A stretch of DNA of 64,000 bases from contig NC_086107.1 in assembly GCF_963921235.1 (NCBI RefSeq), positions 116,996,001 to 117,060,000 of the forward strand, given 5' to 3'. The notes under the pieces are model-generated. The model was not told where the DNA came from, made no database searches, and worked only from the letters and a program-made list of their open reading frames with translations. A program made the position numbers and the translations under genes. Below, piece after piece: positions 1 to 11,995 of the stretch. Every line of letters starts with the position of its first letter. Within the stretch, counting starts at the first letter, position 1. This DNA is from Mobula hypostoma. Lineage: Eukaryota.

Positions 1-1903
1 TCGTCATCCAGGTCATTTATAAAAATCACAAAGAGTAGGGGTCCCAGAACAGATCCCTGAGGCACACCACTGGTCACTGGCCTCCATGCAGAATATGACC
101 CATCTACAACCACTCTTTGTCTTCTGTGGGCAAGCCAGTTCTGGATCCACAAAGCAATATCCCCTTGGATCTCATGCCTCCTTACTTTCTCAATAAGCCT
201 TGCATGGGGTACCTTATCAAATGCCTTGCTAAAATCCATATACACTGCATCTACAACCCTAACCTTCATCAGTGTTTAGTCACATCCTTAAAAAATTCAA
301 TCAGACTCGTAAGGCACGACCTGCCCTTGACAAAGCCAGGCTGACTATTCCTAATCATATTATGTCTCTCCAAATGCTCATAAATCCTGCCTCTCAGGAT
401 CTTCTCCATCAACTTACCAATCACTGAAATAAGACTCACTGGTCTATAATTTCCTGGGCTATCCCTACTCCCTTTCTTATATAAGGGAACAACATCTACA
501 ACCCTCCAATCCTTTGGAACCTCTCCCATCCTCACTGATGATGCAAAGATCATTGCCAGAGGCTCAGCAATCTCCTCCCTCGTCTCCCACAGTAGCCTGG
601 GGTATATCCCACCCAGTCCCAGTGACTTATCCAACTTGATGCTCTCCAAAAGCTCCAGGACATCCTCTACCTTAATATCTACATGCTCAAGCTCTTCAGT
701 CTACTGCAAGTCATCCCTACAATTGCCAAGATCCTTTTCCGTAGTGGATACTGAAGCAAAGTATGCATTAAGTACCTCTGCTATCTCCTCCGGTTCCATA
801 CACACTTTTCCACTGTCACACTTGATTGGTCCTATTCTCTCATCTCTTATCCTTTTGCTCTTTACATACTTGTAGAATGCCTTGGGATTTTCCTTAATCC
901 TGTCCGCCAAGGCCTTCTCATGGCCCCTTTTGGCTCTCCTAATTTCATTCTTAATCTCCTTCCTGCTAGCCTTATAATCTTCTAGATCTCTATCATTACC
1001 TAGTTTTTTGAACCTTTTGTAAGCTCTTCTTTTCTTCTTCACTAGATTTACAACAGCCTCTGTACACCACGGTTCCTGTACCCTACCATCCTTTCCCTGT
1101 CTCATTGTATGTACGCAGAACCTCACAAGATTATCCCCTGAACATTTGCCACATTTCTTCCGTACATTTCCCTGAGAACATCTGTTTCCAATTTATGCTT
1201 CCAAGTTCCTTCCTGATAGCCTCACATTTTTCCTTACTCCAATTAAACATTTCCCTAACTTGTCTGTTCCTTTCCCTCTCCAATGCTACGGTAAAGGAGA
1301 TAGAATTGTGATCACTATCTCCAAAATGCTCTCCCACTGAGAGACCTGACACCTGACCAGGTTCATTTCCCAATACCAGATCAAGTAGGCTTATCTACAT
1401 ATGGTGTCAAGAAACCTTCCCAAACACACCTAACAAACTCCACCCCATCTATATCCCTCACTCTAGGGAGATGCCAATCAATATTTGGGAAATTAAAATC
1501 TCTCACCCTGTTATTATTATTCCTTTCCAGAATCTGATCAACAGTGCCATGCCCCCACCTCTTTTGCCTCCTTCCCTGTCCTTTCTGAAACATCTAAAAC
1601 TTGGCACTTGAAGTAGCCATTCCTGTCCCTGCAGAATCCAAGTCCCTGTAATGCCACAACATCATAGCTCCAGGTGCTGATCCACTCTCTAAGCTCATCC
1701 GCTTTATTCATAATACTCCTCATATTAAAATAGGCACATCTCAAACCATCAGTCCGAGTGCCTACCTTCTCTATCACCTGCCTATCCTCCCTTTCGCACT
1801 GTCTCCAAGCTTTCTATATTTGTGAGCCAACCTCCCTTCCCTCTGTCACTTCAGTTCAGTTCCCACCCCCAGCAATTCTAGTTTAAACTCTCCCCAATAG
1901 CCT
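1..1903 (-). mobile_element. CR1-clade LINE fragment (end of ORF1, ORF2 endonuclease, linker and N-terminal RT), decayed, internally deleted, runs off the window edge
   Basis: Minus-strand ORF pieces in order: 1538-1777 (CAYFNMRSIMNKADEL, endonuclease start), 1381-1593 (DFNFPNIDW), 1131-1373 (GDSDHNSI), 701-1126 (IKENPKAFYKY) and 269-649 (PGNYRPVSLISVIGKLMEKIL...GFVKGRSCLT). All are typical CR1 ORF2 motifs, split by frameshifts. Confidence 0.92.
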
Positions 1904-2817
1904 TTGGAAGTTACAAAACATAACAATAGGAATTACTGATATGACCCACCTGTGTTTCCCTTGTACATGGGGAGAGGGAGAAGAGTCAGATGGGGTGGGA
2001 GATGGTTAGGGGAACACAGGCATGACTTCTGGATTCAGAGGGAAGAGGGAAGATTTGACAGTTCGGAGACATTGAGAGGACTCTGTTGTGTATCCTGAGT
2101 ACAGTTGGGTGAGTGTGATGGTTAGAGGTGGAAGTTAGTAATGGGTCTAAATTCTGCATGATGTGTATCTGTGGCAGAGTCAGAGAGCGCAGGAAAGTGC
2201 CAAGAGTCGCGGTTACACTATAAGGAGAGGGAGAGTTTGAATTCAGGGTGAGGGGCAGGGGTTTGTCAGAGTCAGGTGAGAGGTGATGGAGAGTCAGCAT
2301 CTAGATGAGGGAGAGTGAGGTGGGGTGTGGGAGATCATGGTCAGGATGGAAGAGGGGCAGTCAGATTCAGGATCGGGTGACGGGGAAGCAGTATGGGTTT
2401 GGGGTGTGTGCGAAAGAAGAATATTTAGGATGGGGGGACAGGGCTTCATGAGTCAGGTGAGGGAGAGTCAGCATCTAGATGTCTAGATGAGGGGGAATGA
2501 GGGGGAGTTGAAGTTGGGTCATGGTTGTTACAGAGAGGGAGAGAAAAAGTGGGGTTCAGAGAGAGATTGAGTGCAGAGACAGAGAGAGAGAAATGTGAAA
2601 TAAATGCAAGAAGAACAAATGATTGAGTAATGAGGGCGAGGCGAGGGATGAAAGATCAACATGGAGGGGAGAGCAGTCTTGGGGGACTCACCTCACATCG
2701 AACTGCAGTGTCTGGACTCAGACTCTGGAACTCCCTTTAAGGTCCCCTCTTTGCTCCTGCTCATGATTATGCCTCTACCTTTGTACCCTCACTCTGTACC
2801 TCAATTATGTTCTCTAA

Positions 2818-2955
2818 TTTATTTATTTATTGAGATACAATACGGAATAAATCCTTCTGGCCCTTTGAGCCGTGCCACCCTGTAAATCCTCATTTAACCC
2901 TAGCTAACCACAAGACAATTTACAATGACCTATTAACTGACTAACCTGTCAGTCC
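2818..2955 (-). mobile_element. 3' fragment of a SINE/LINE-tail repeat
   Basis: A (TTTA)n tail is followed by 'ccttctggcccttt...tttaaccctagctaaccacaagacaatttacaatgacctattaac'. This resembles SINE 3' ends that share a CR1-type tail; recognised by resemblance only. Confidence 0.45.
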
Positions 2956-3073
2956 TGAATGCAATGAATCCTAAAGCATCTCTTTCGGTCCACCCCTGAC
3001 ACTCTCTCTGACCCAGACATTCTCTCTCTCAAGTTCAAAACTCTCTTTCTAAGGATTCCCAGCAACCCATCTG

Positions 3074-3102
<29 letters not shown>
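3074..3102. repeat. (CT)n microsatellite
   Basis: Uninterrupted CT dinucleotide run. Confidence 0.95.
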
Positions 3103-3105
<3 letters not shown>

Positions 3106-3160
3106 TTCTAACACTGATTCTCTCGAACTCTCTCATTTGCTCTGTCTAACACACATACAG

Positions 3161-3451
3161 TGTTGGCGCGTGGCCAAGTGGTTAAGGCGTCGGTCTAGTG
3201 ATCTGAAGGTCACTAGTTCAAGCCTGAGGCAGCATGTTGTGTCCTTGAGCAAGGCACTTAACCACACATTGCTCTGCGACAACACCGGTGCCAAGCTGTA
3301 TCGGCCCTAGTGCCCTTCCCTTGGACGATATTGGTGGCGTGGAGAGGGGAGACTTGCAGCATGGTCAACTGCCAGTCTTCCATACAACCTTGCTCAGGCC
3401 TATGCCCTGGAAACCTTCCAAGGCGCAACTCCATGGTCTCACGAGACTAAC
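3161..3451 (+). mobile_element. tRNA-derived SINE with a CORE-like central domain (5' part; its last ~10 nt lie at 6805-6814)
   Basis: Pol III A-box-like TGGCCAAGTGGTT (3171-3183) and B-box-like GTTCAAGCC (3216-3224), followed by GTGTCCTTGAGCAAGGCACTTAACC, which resembles the CORE-SINE consensus. The element is flanked by AACACACA at 3148 and 6818. Confidence 0.75.
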
Positions 3452-3914
3452 TACTACTACTACTACGTCGACTCAGGCCTAGGGTGCTGGCGTAGGGAAC
3501 AATGACGGACTCTCCACTTCTCCCTCTCCCTCATCAGTGTGTTCAGTTCATCTACATTAGCCGTGCCACTGTCTTCTAGGAGCATGTTGACTATAGTCTT
3601 GGGATGGTGCCCAAGGTTCATCCTCCCGTGCTTGGGCTCCCATATGATGACTAGACTGGCAGGTAGCTCAGGGTGGCATAGACAGTGCCCCACTAGTTAC
3701 AGTCTTCTCGCCTCGATTTTAATGGAGAGCATCGGTAGGTTGTTATAGAGCTCAACATTCGTCATGTGCTGTTGCCAACTCACATCAAGAGCCATCTGGA
3801 CCATTCATGTACAGCAACCATCTAGAGACTTTCACATCGTCTTGGTGAGTGTCCACGTTTCGCATCCGTATGTGAGAATGGACTCTATGACTGCAATGAA
3901 AATCCTCTTTTTAA
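3452..3914 (-). mobile_element. RTE-clade LINE, 3' (non-inverted) segment with a (GTA)n tail
   Basis: The minus strand reads KKRIFIAVIESILTYGCETWTLT and then GHCLCHPELPASLVIIWEPKHGR...REREKWRV, the RTE-type C-terminus. The stop codon runs directly into the (TAG)n tail at 3452-3466. Confidence 0.85.
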
Positions 3915-6792
3915 TAAGAATCTCTTTGCCACCTGTGACCAACTGAAGGAAGAGGAACTAGCTGAGAGGATTAGAGAGATAGAAACTGCTAATGAAGACA
4001 TGCAGCATGGAGAAGCATGGCACCCAGTCAATGAGATCAGTAGACAGAAGAAGTCCCCATTAGGTCAAATAAGTGGTAAAACAGTAGAGGACCGTATCCT
4101 GACATGGTTTACCCACTTCAAGAAACTGCTGGGAAGCCCTCCAATGATCACAGAAGAAGAAGAGGACATACCCATGATACTAACGCAAGTTGACATTGAT
4201 GACAGCCCATTCGCCATTGAGGAACTGAAGAAGGACAAATATGCACTCAAACAGGGCAGGAGTGCTTGACCAGATGGGATAGAAACATAGAAAATAAGTG
4301 CAGGAGTAGGCCATTCGGCCCTTCGAGCCTGCACCGCCATTTATTATGATCATGGCTGATCATCCAACTCAGAACCCCGCCCCAGCCTTCCCTCCATACC
4401 CCCTGACCCCCGTAGCCACAAGGGCCATATCTAACTCCCTCTTAAATATAGCCAATGAACTGGCCTCAACAGTTTCCTGTGGCAGAGAATTCCACAGATT
4501 CACCACTCTCTGTGTGAAGAAGTTTTTCCTAATCTCGGTCCTAAAAGGCTTCCCCTCTATCCTCAAACTGTGACCCCTCGTTCTGGACTTCCCCAACATT
4601 GGGAACAATCTTCCTGCATCTAGCCTGTCCAATCCCTTTAGGATCTTATACGTTTCAATCAGATCCCCCCTCAATCTTCTAAATTCCAACGAGTACAAGC
4701 CCAATTCATCCAGTCTTTCTTCATATGAAAGTCCTGCCATCCCAGGAAACAATCTGGTGAACCTTCTTTGTACTCCCTCTATGGCAAAGATGTCTTTCCT
4801 CAGATTAGGGGACCAAAACTGCACACAATACTCCAGGTGTGGTCTCACCAAGGCCTTGTACAACTGCAGTAGTACGTCCCTGCTCCTGTACTCGAATCCT
4901 CTCGCTATAAATGCCAGCATACCATTCGCCTTTTTCACCGCCTGCTGTACCTGCATGCCCACTTTCAATGACTGGTGTATAATAACACCCAGGTCTCATT
5001 GCACCTCCCCTTTTCCTAATCGGCCACCATTCAGATAATAATCTGTTTTCCTATTTTTGCCACCGAAGTGGATAACTTCACATTTATCCACATTAAATTG
5101 CATCTGCCATGAATTTGCCCACTCACCCAATCTATCCAAGTCACCCTGCATCCTCTTAGCATCCTCCTCACTGCTAACATTGCCACCCAGCTTCGTGTCA
5201 TCCGCAAACTTGGAGATGCTGCATTTAATTCCCTCATCCAAGTCATTTAATATATATTGTAAACAACTGGGGTCCCAGCACTGAGCCTTGCAGTACCCCA
5301 CTAGTCACTGCCTGCCATTCTGAACAGGTCCCGTTTATTCCCACTCTTTGCTTCCTGTCTGCTAACCAATTCTCCACCCACACCAATACCTTACCCTCAA
5401 TACCGTGTGCTTTAAGTTTGCACACTAATCTCCTGTGTGGGACCTTGTCAAAAGCCTTTTGAAAATCCAAATATACCACATCCACTGGTTCTCCCCTATC
5501 CACTCTACTAGTTACATCCTCAAAAAATTCTATGAGATTCGTCAGACATGATTTTCCTTTCACAAATCCATGCTGACTTTGTCCGATCATTTCACCGCTT
5601 TCCAAATGTGCTGTTATCACATCCTTGATAACTGACTCCAGCAGTTTCCCCACCACCGACGTTAGGCTAACCGGTCTATAATTCCCCGGTTTCTCTCTCC
5701 CTCCTTTTTTAAAAAGTGGGGTTACATTAGCCTTAAAAAGTGGGGTTACATTAACCTTAAAAAGTGGGGTTACATTAGCCCAGATACCACCAGATGTCCT
5801 GAAGAACTGCGACCTGGACAACATCTTGCTGGACATATGTAATACGGCATTGATGAAAGGCGACAAACCAGAACAGTGGTCACTCTCAAACATTATCCCA
5901 GTCCCCAAGTCTGGATCCCTCACAAAGACAGATAACTACCGCGGTATCAGCTTGACCTGCATCTTAGCAAAGTTATACAGTCGGATGATCTTAAATAGGA
6001 TTCGCACCACCATTGACCCTAAGCTAAGATTCAATCAGAATGGTTTTCGGCAGAAGCACTCAACAGTAATGCAAATACTTGCTCTCCGTAGGATCATCGA
6101 GGAAGTCAAGAAGAACAACCTACCAGCCGTGCTTACTCACATCGATTTTCGCAAAGCTTTTGACTCCATTCACCGAGGTAAAATGCTGAAGATCCTGAAA
6201 GCTTACGGAGTGCCAGACCATCTACTGAGAGCAATAGAGTCCAGCTATACCAAAACCATGACGAAAGTTGTATCACCAGACGGAGAAACAGCAGTGTTCG
6301 AGCTCCTAGCTGGTGTGCTGCAAGGAGACACTCTGGCACCCTACATCTTTATAATCGTCCTTGATTACGCTCTGTGACAAGCTACCAAAGATCATGACAA
6401 GCTTGGTTTTACCATAAAACCAGGGCAAAACCAAAAGGGTCAGACCGGTTATGCTCACAGATCTCGATTTTGCAGATGACATAGTCCTGCTCTTTGAGCA
6501 GGTGGAGGAAGCACAGCCCCTACTGACAAAAGTGGAAATAGAATTCAATAAAGCTGGACTTCACCTACACACTAAAAAGACAGAGTGCATGGTGTTTAAT
6601 TGCGTCGAAGGTACTCTCAAGACCGTAGAGAATGATACCATTAAGAAAGTCTTTGATTACAAGTACCTCGGGTCAAGAATGATGAGTTCGGAGAAGGACA
6701 TAAAGATACGGAAGGCGCTGGCGTGGAGGGCTATGAATGACATGAAGGAAATCTGGAAGTTGAACCTGACAAGAGGGCTTAAAAAGAGGATT
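3915..6792 (+). mobile_element. RTE-clade LINE, inverted upstream segment (linker and reverse transcriptase), interrupted by a CR1 at 4281-5780
   Basis: ORF 4000-4269 ends GRSA*PDGI and resumes at 5783 with IPPDVLKNCDLD. ORF 5826-6377 contains NYRGISL, QNGFR, IDFRKAFDSIHR and GVLQGDTLAP. ORF 6451-6816 contains DLDFADD (catalytic motif, 6469-6480) and YKYLGS. Stops and frameshifts are present. Confidence 0.9.
4281..5780 (-). mobile_element. Relatively young, 5'-truncated CR1 LINE (RT domain and 3' UTR) nested in the RTE
   Basis: Motifs [58 protein letters not shown] and FFTQRVVNLWNSLP. The tail 'agaaacatagaaa' lies at 4281, and GATA is duplicated at 4278-4281 and 5783-5786. Confidence 0.95.
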
Positions 6793-7107
6793 CACGAGAC
6801 TAACGGATGCTTATAAAAACACACACACACACACCTCTCTCCTCACTGACTCTCTCGTATCTGGACTCCACCTCTACCTTTGTGCGTTAGTTCTTGCACC
6901 ACACTGTCACAGACAAACACTGCCCTGTTGATAAGAAAAGGTTACAAAAGACCATGAGACATCAGAGCACAATTAGAGCATTCAGTCCATGTCATTTGTT
7001 CCATCATCTGATTGTCTGATTTATTATCCCTCTCAATTTCATTCTCATTTGCCGTATCATTTGACACCCTTTACTAATCAAGAACCTATCACCCCCCACT
7101 CTCTTTC

Positions 7108-7880
7108 AAAGTGTCTGCAAACACACCTGCCAGTTGTTTCATGCAAAACCTGAGTACCCACCCTGGGATGCTGTCCGGTCCCGCAGCCTTGCGGCTGTCC
7201 ACTCCCTGGAAACACCTGTGTACTTCAGCCTCAGAGATGACCAAGGTGCCGGTCACTTCAGCGGCTCTCCTCGCGGGCTCAGCGTTGGCAACATTGAACT
7301 GAGCATAAAAATGATTCAGCTCATCTGGGAGAGGCAGCAATGTTGGAAATACCACTGTGTTTAGCTTTGAAGTCTGTGATGATGTGCAGACCTACCATAA
7401 GCTGTGCATGTTGTTGGTGGAGAGTTGTGCCTGGATCTTGTTCCTGTATTGTCGTTTCACTGTCTTGATGACTTTGCTTAGATTGTAGCTGCATTTCTTG
7501 AGTTCTTGTTGGTTACCGGCAGCGTAAGCTCTGTCTCACGTGGTTAGTGCAGCACGCGCGGAACTGTTGATCCAGGGTTTCTGGATTGGATAGATCCTGA
7601 CCAATTTTTGGGGGACATTGTCCTCGATGCACTTCTGGATAAAGCTCCTGACCCCTTCTGTGAACTCAGAGACATCCTTATCACAAAAGACATTCCACAG
7701 GATGTCATCAATGCAGTCCTGTAGCATGGAGATCAATTGGTCGGACCAACAGTGGATGGTTTTAACTATGGCCACCTCTTGTTTCACCATCTGCCTGTAA
7801 ATGGGCAGAAACAAGATGGAGGGGTGATCTGACTTCCCAAACGGCGGACAGAGGAGCACTTTGTAAGAGTTGCGGAAAAT
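7108..7880 (-). mobile_element. Rex1/Babar-like LINE fragment (end of endonuclease and linker up to the start of RT)
   Basis: Motifs PPFGKSDHPSILFLP, YPIQKPWINS, LPDELNHFYAQF and RKAAGPDSIPGWVLRFCMKQLAGVF resemble fish Rex1-type elements. Confidence 0.8.
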
Positions 7881-7965
7881 ATGGTGCAGACAGCCCAGCG
7901 CATCTGTAGATGTGAACTTCCTATTATTCAGGACATATACAGAGACAGGTGCGTGAAAGGGCCAA

Positions 7966-8263
7966 AGGATCATTGGGGACCTGAGTCACCCCAACCACAA
8001 ACTGTTCCAGCTGCTACCATCCAGGAAATAGTACCGCAGCATTAAAGCCAAGACCAAAAGGCTCCAGGATAGCTTCTTCCACCAGGCCATCAGACTGATT
8101 AATTCATGCTGATATAATTGTATTTTTATGCTATATTGACCGTCCTGTTGTACATACTATTTATTACAAATTACTATCAATTGCACATTGCACATTTGGA
8201 CAGAGACGTAACAAAGATTTTTACTCATGTATGTGAAGGACGTAAGAAATAAAGTCAATTCAG
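7966..8263 (+). mobile_element. Rex1/Babar-like LINE 3' end (ORF C-terminus and 3' UTR)
   Basis: Translates as SHPNHKLFQLLPSRK*YRSIKAKTKRLQDSFFHQAIRLIN, a Rex1-type C-terminus. An AT-rich UTR follows, ending AATAAAGTCAATTCA. Confidence 0.75.
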
Positions 8264-8920
8264 TTATGTTAATTCAGATATGTTCTAAATATAGACAATG
8301 ATGGACTGCATTGATATTTGTGGCAATGAATTCCACAGATTCACCAGCCTGTGGCTAAGGGAATTGCTCGCTATATTCACAGTTTGTGCCCTCTAGTCTT
8401 CGACTCCCCCACTTTTGGTAGCCACTCAATATCCACTCATTCGAGACCTCTCAGGACTCAAAAGATTTTAATGAGATTCCACCACTCCCATAACCCAACA
8501 CCTCTCAGCCCCATCACTCAACCCTTTGTACTCCAGCAAGTATGGGCCCAGAGCCATCAAACACCCCTCATACATTCACCCTTTCATTCTTGGAATCATT
8601 CTCATGAAAATTCTCTTGACCCTATCCAATGCCAGCAGATTATTTCTTAAATAATTTCTAAAACTTTTCATAATACTCCAAATGTTGTATGAGTTGTGTC
8701 TGATAAATCTGCAGCATTACATCCATGTTTTTATATTTTAGTCCTCTCTTAATTAATCTAATTTTGCAATTGGCTTCCTTACTATGACTCAACCAGCAAG
8801 TTAACCTTTGGGAAACCTGCACTAGTCCTCCCCAGTCCATTTGGACCTTTGATTTCTGAATTTGCTCCACTTAGAAAATAGTTTCCACCTTTATTCCTAC
8901 TACCAAAGTGTATGAGCATA

Positions 8921-10085
8921 CAATGTTGTGCCAACCATGTAACCTACTCCAGAAACTGCCTTGAATTTCCCTACCACAGAGCCCTCCATTTTTCTAAGCT
9001 CCATGTACCTATCAAAGAGTTTCTTAAAAGATCCTATTGTATCTGCCTCTACCACTGTTGTTAGCAGCACATTTCATGCACCCACCACTCTCTGCGTGGA
9101 AAGCTTACCTCTGCCATCCCCCTTGTACCTACTTCCAAGCACCTTAAAACTATGCTGCATCACGTTAACCATTTCAGCCCTGGGAAAAAGCCTTGGGCTA
9201 TCCACATGTTCATTGTCTCTCATCATCTTATACACCTCTATCGGGTCACCTCTCATCCTCTCTCACTGCACGGAGAAAAGGCCAAGTATACTCAACCTAT
9301 TCTCATAAGCATGCTCTCCAATCCAGGCAACATCCTTGTAAATCTCCTCTGCACTCTCTCTATAGTATCCACATCCTTCCTGTAGTGAGGTGACCAGAAC
9401 TGAACACAGTACTCCAAGTGATGTCTAACTAAAATCTTATGGAGCTGTAACATTCCCTCACAGCTCTGGAACTCAGTCCCATTGTTGATGAAGGCCAACA
9501 CACCATTCGTCTTCTTAACAACACCGTCAACCTACGCAGAAGCTTTGTGTGTCCTATGGACACGGACACCAAGATCTCGCTGATCCTCCACACTGCCAAG
9601 AGTCTTACCATTAATACAGTATTATATTCTGTCTTGAAATTTGACCTACCGAAATGAACCACTTCACACTTATCTGGGTTGAACTCCATCTGCCACTTCT
9701 CAACCCAATTCTTCATCCTATTGATGTCACGCTGTAAACTTTGACAACCCTCCAGACTATCCACAACACCGCCAACTTTTGTGTCATCAGCAGTCTTACT
9801 AACCCACCTTTCTGCTTCCTCATCCAGGTCATTTATAAAAATCACAAAGAGGAGGGGTCCCAGAACAGGGCCCTGCAGAACACCACTGGTCACCGTCCTC
9901 CATGCAGAATACGAACCATCTAAACCACCCTTTGTCTTCTGTGGTCAAGCCAATTCTGGTTCCACAAAGCAAGGTCTCCTTGGATTCTATGCCTCATTAT
10001 TTTCTGATTGAGCCTCACATGGGAAACCTTATCAAATGCCTTACTGAAATCCATATACACTACATCCACTGCACTACCTTATCAA
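8921..10085 (-). mobile_element. 5'-truncated CR1 LINE (RT C-terminal half and 3' UTR)
   Basis: Motifs [45 protein letters not shown] and HLEYCVQFWSPHYRKD. Closely similar to 1-270 and 12912-13458. Confidence 0.92.
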
Positions 10086-10277
10086 TACTGCTACTTATTT
10101 CTATTTGCAATAGCACAATTTGTTGTCTTCTGCACTCTGGTTGATCTTTCATTGATCCTCTTATAATTACTATCATAAGATTTGCTGATCATGTCTGCAG
10201 GAAAGTGAATCTCAGGACATGGTGACAGTATGTGGTGACATATATGTACTCTGATAATGCAATTTCTTTTGAATTTA
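10086..10277 (+). mobile_element. Probable LINE 3' UTR fragment
   Basis: AT-rich segment ending 'atgtactctgataatgcaatttcttttgaattt', lying between two CR1 pieces. The family was not determined. Confidence 0.4.
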
Positions 10278-10689
10278 ATTCCAACAGATTTGACAGGCAA
10301 GATTTGCCCTCACGGAAACCACGTGAACTTCGGCCTATTTTATCATGTGTCTCCAAGTACCCCATAACCTCGTAGACTATAATGACATTGTGAAAAGCTG
10401 ACATCTTGCCAGCTACTGATGTCAGGCTAACTATCTTATAATTTCCTGCCTTTTGGTCCTTCCCCTCTTCTGAAGTGGGTGACATTTGGAATTTTCCAGT
10501 CCTCCGGAACCATTTCAGAATCCAGTAATTCTTGTAAAATCACAACTAATGCATCTACAATCTCTTCAGCCATCTCTTTGATAAAAGTGGGGTGGAGTCC
10601 ATCCGGTCCCCTCTCTCTCTCAACACTCAATTCCCTCTTGAACTTCATCTTTCCATCCCCTCCTCTGCCTCTCTATCTCCGTCTTTGAA

Positions 10690-10856
10690 ATGATGCAGAG
10701 TTGGTTTCAACATTTAAGAGAAATTTGGATAGAAACATGGATGGGAGGTGTATGGAGAGCTGTGGTCCAGGTGTAGGTCAATGGGACTAGGCAAATTAAT
10801 ATTTTGGCACAGAGTAGATGGGTTGAAGAGCCTCTTTCTGTGCTGTGGTACTCTTC
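10690..10856 (+). mobile_element. Short CR1 3' end
   Basis: 'catttaagagaaatttggatagaaacatggat...gatgggttgaagagcctctttctgtgctgt' is the CR1 ORF2 end and 3' stem-loop region. Confidence 0.75.
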
Positions 10857-11190
10857 AACTACGAAGTTGGGAGTGATGCCTTGATAAGCCAGACATTTCC
10901 CCTCACTCAGAGGCCCCAAGTCCTCAAGCCTCTTTTCTGGGAACAGAGGAGGGAAAAGGAGTGTGAGAAGGAGGCTGGACTGCAAAGAAATTGGTAGGAG
11001 AGTGAGGGAAGGATAGAGAGAAACAGAGGGAAGGAATGGAGAGTGATATAAAGTGAGAAGGACAGAGAAAGAAACAGACAGCAAAGATGATGATAGAGAG
11101 CTAAAGAGGAGAAGTAAAGAGAGGCACGCACAGAGCAAATGACCAAAGAGAAACAACACAGATGGAAGGTGCGGAAGTTAGTATGTGTGT

Positions 11191-11995
11191 GTCCCCAGGG
11201 CCTGATGGAGTATACCCCAGGTTATTGAGAGAGGCAAGAGAAGAGATTAACCAATATCTTTGTATCCTCTCTAGCCACATGCGAGTTCCCAGTTCCCAGA
11301 GGACTGGTGGATAGCTAAAGTTGTTCCATCATTCAAGAAGGGAGCAAGGGATAATCCTGGAAAGGGTAGACTGGTGAGTCTCAAGTCTGTGATATAGTGA
11401 AGTTTGAAGAAGAGACAGTACACCGTTAAGGACAAGATCTTTAACAGTGTTAAAGAGCAGAGGGATCTTGGGGTCCAAGTTCATAGCTCCTTGAAAGTGG
11501 CTCCACAGATTGATAGTGCGGTTAAGAAGGCATAGAGTCATAGAGAAGTACAGCACAGAAAGAGACCCTTCAGCCCATCTGGTCTATGTCAAAAACTGTT
11601 TTGCAGCAGAGACTGAAGAAGAGAACTGATAGAACTTTATAAGATTATGAGAGGCATAGATAGAATAGACAGACAGCATCTTTTTCCTAGGGTTGAAATA
11701 CATATTATTAGGGATAATGCATTTAAAGTGAAAGGGAATAATCGTGAGGCAAGTTTGTTTTTTTAAAAAAAACACAGGTTGAGTGGTGAGTGCCTGGAAT
11801 GCACTGCCTAGGTACTGGTAGAGAGACGAGAAAATTTCAAGGGAGACAGATAGCCACATGAATGTGAGGGAAATGGAAGGATATGGACATTTTGTAAGCA
11901 AAAATGATTAGTGTATTTCACTATTTAATTACTAATTTAATTGGTTTGGCACAACATGTGGGCTGAAGGGTCTGTTCCTGAGCTATACTGTTCTA
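11191..11995 (+). mobile_element. Heavily deleted CR1 fragments
   Basis: Remnants encoding GPDGVYPRLLREARE, EDWWIAKVVP and RDLGVQVH, plus a CR1 3' end 'gggctgaagggtctgttcctgagctatactgttcta'. Confidence 0.7.

Larger units (their letters stand above)
6949..10610 (-). mobile_element. Old CR1 LINE broken into pieces (~6949-7092, ~8284-8920, ~10278-10610) by later insertions
   Basis: The CR1 3' UTR ending 'ttactaatcaagaacctatc' continues at 'taaatata...gtggcaatgaattccacagattcacc'. ORF remnants 8658-8870 (IKRGLKYKNMDVMLQIYQT...HLEY) and 10189-10648 (GPDGLHPTFIKEMAEEIVDAL...PEDWK; NYKIVSLTSVAGK) are colinear. Confidence 0.7.

Noticed and set aside
3161..3235. tRNA gene
   Set aside because: A and B boxes are present, but no complete cloverleaf or terminator is evident, and the sequence continues into a SINE body.
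5243..5923. 226-aa ORF as a novel fusion protein
   Set aside because: Chance read-through from antisense RTE sequence into the 5'-truncated CR1 RT frame.
10707..11159. Hydrophobic Leu/Ser-rich ORF resembling a membrane protein (similar ORFs at 12561, 13582 and 16076)
   Set aside because: Produced by purine/pyrimidine-skewed low-complexity sequence and partly overlapping TE fragments; no recognisable domain.
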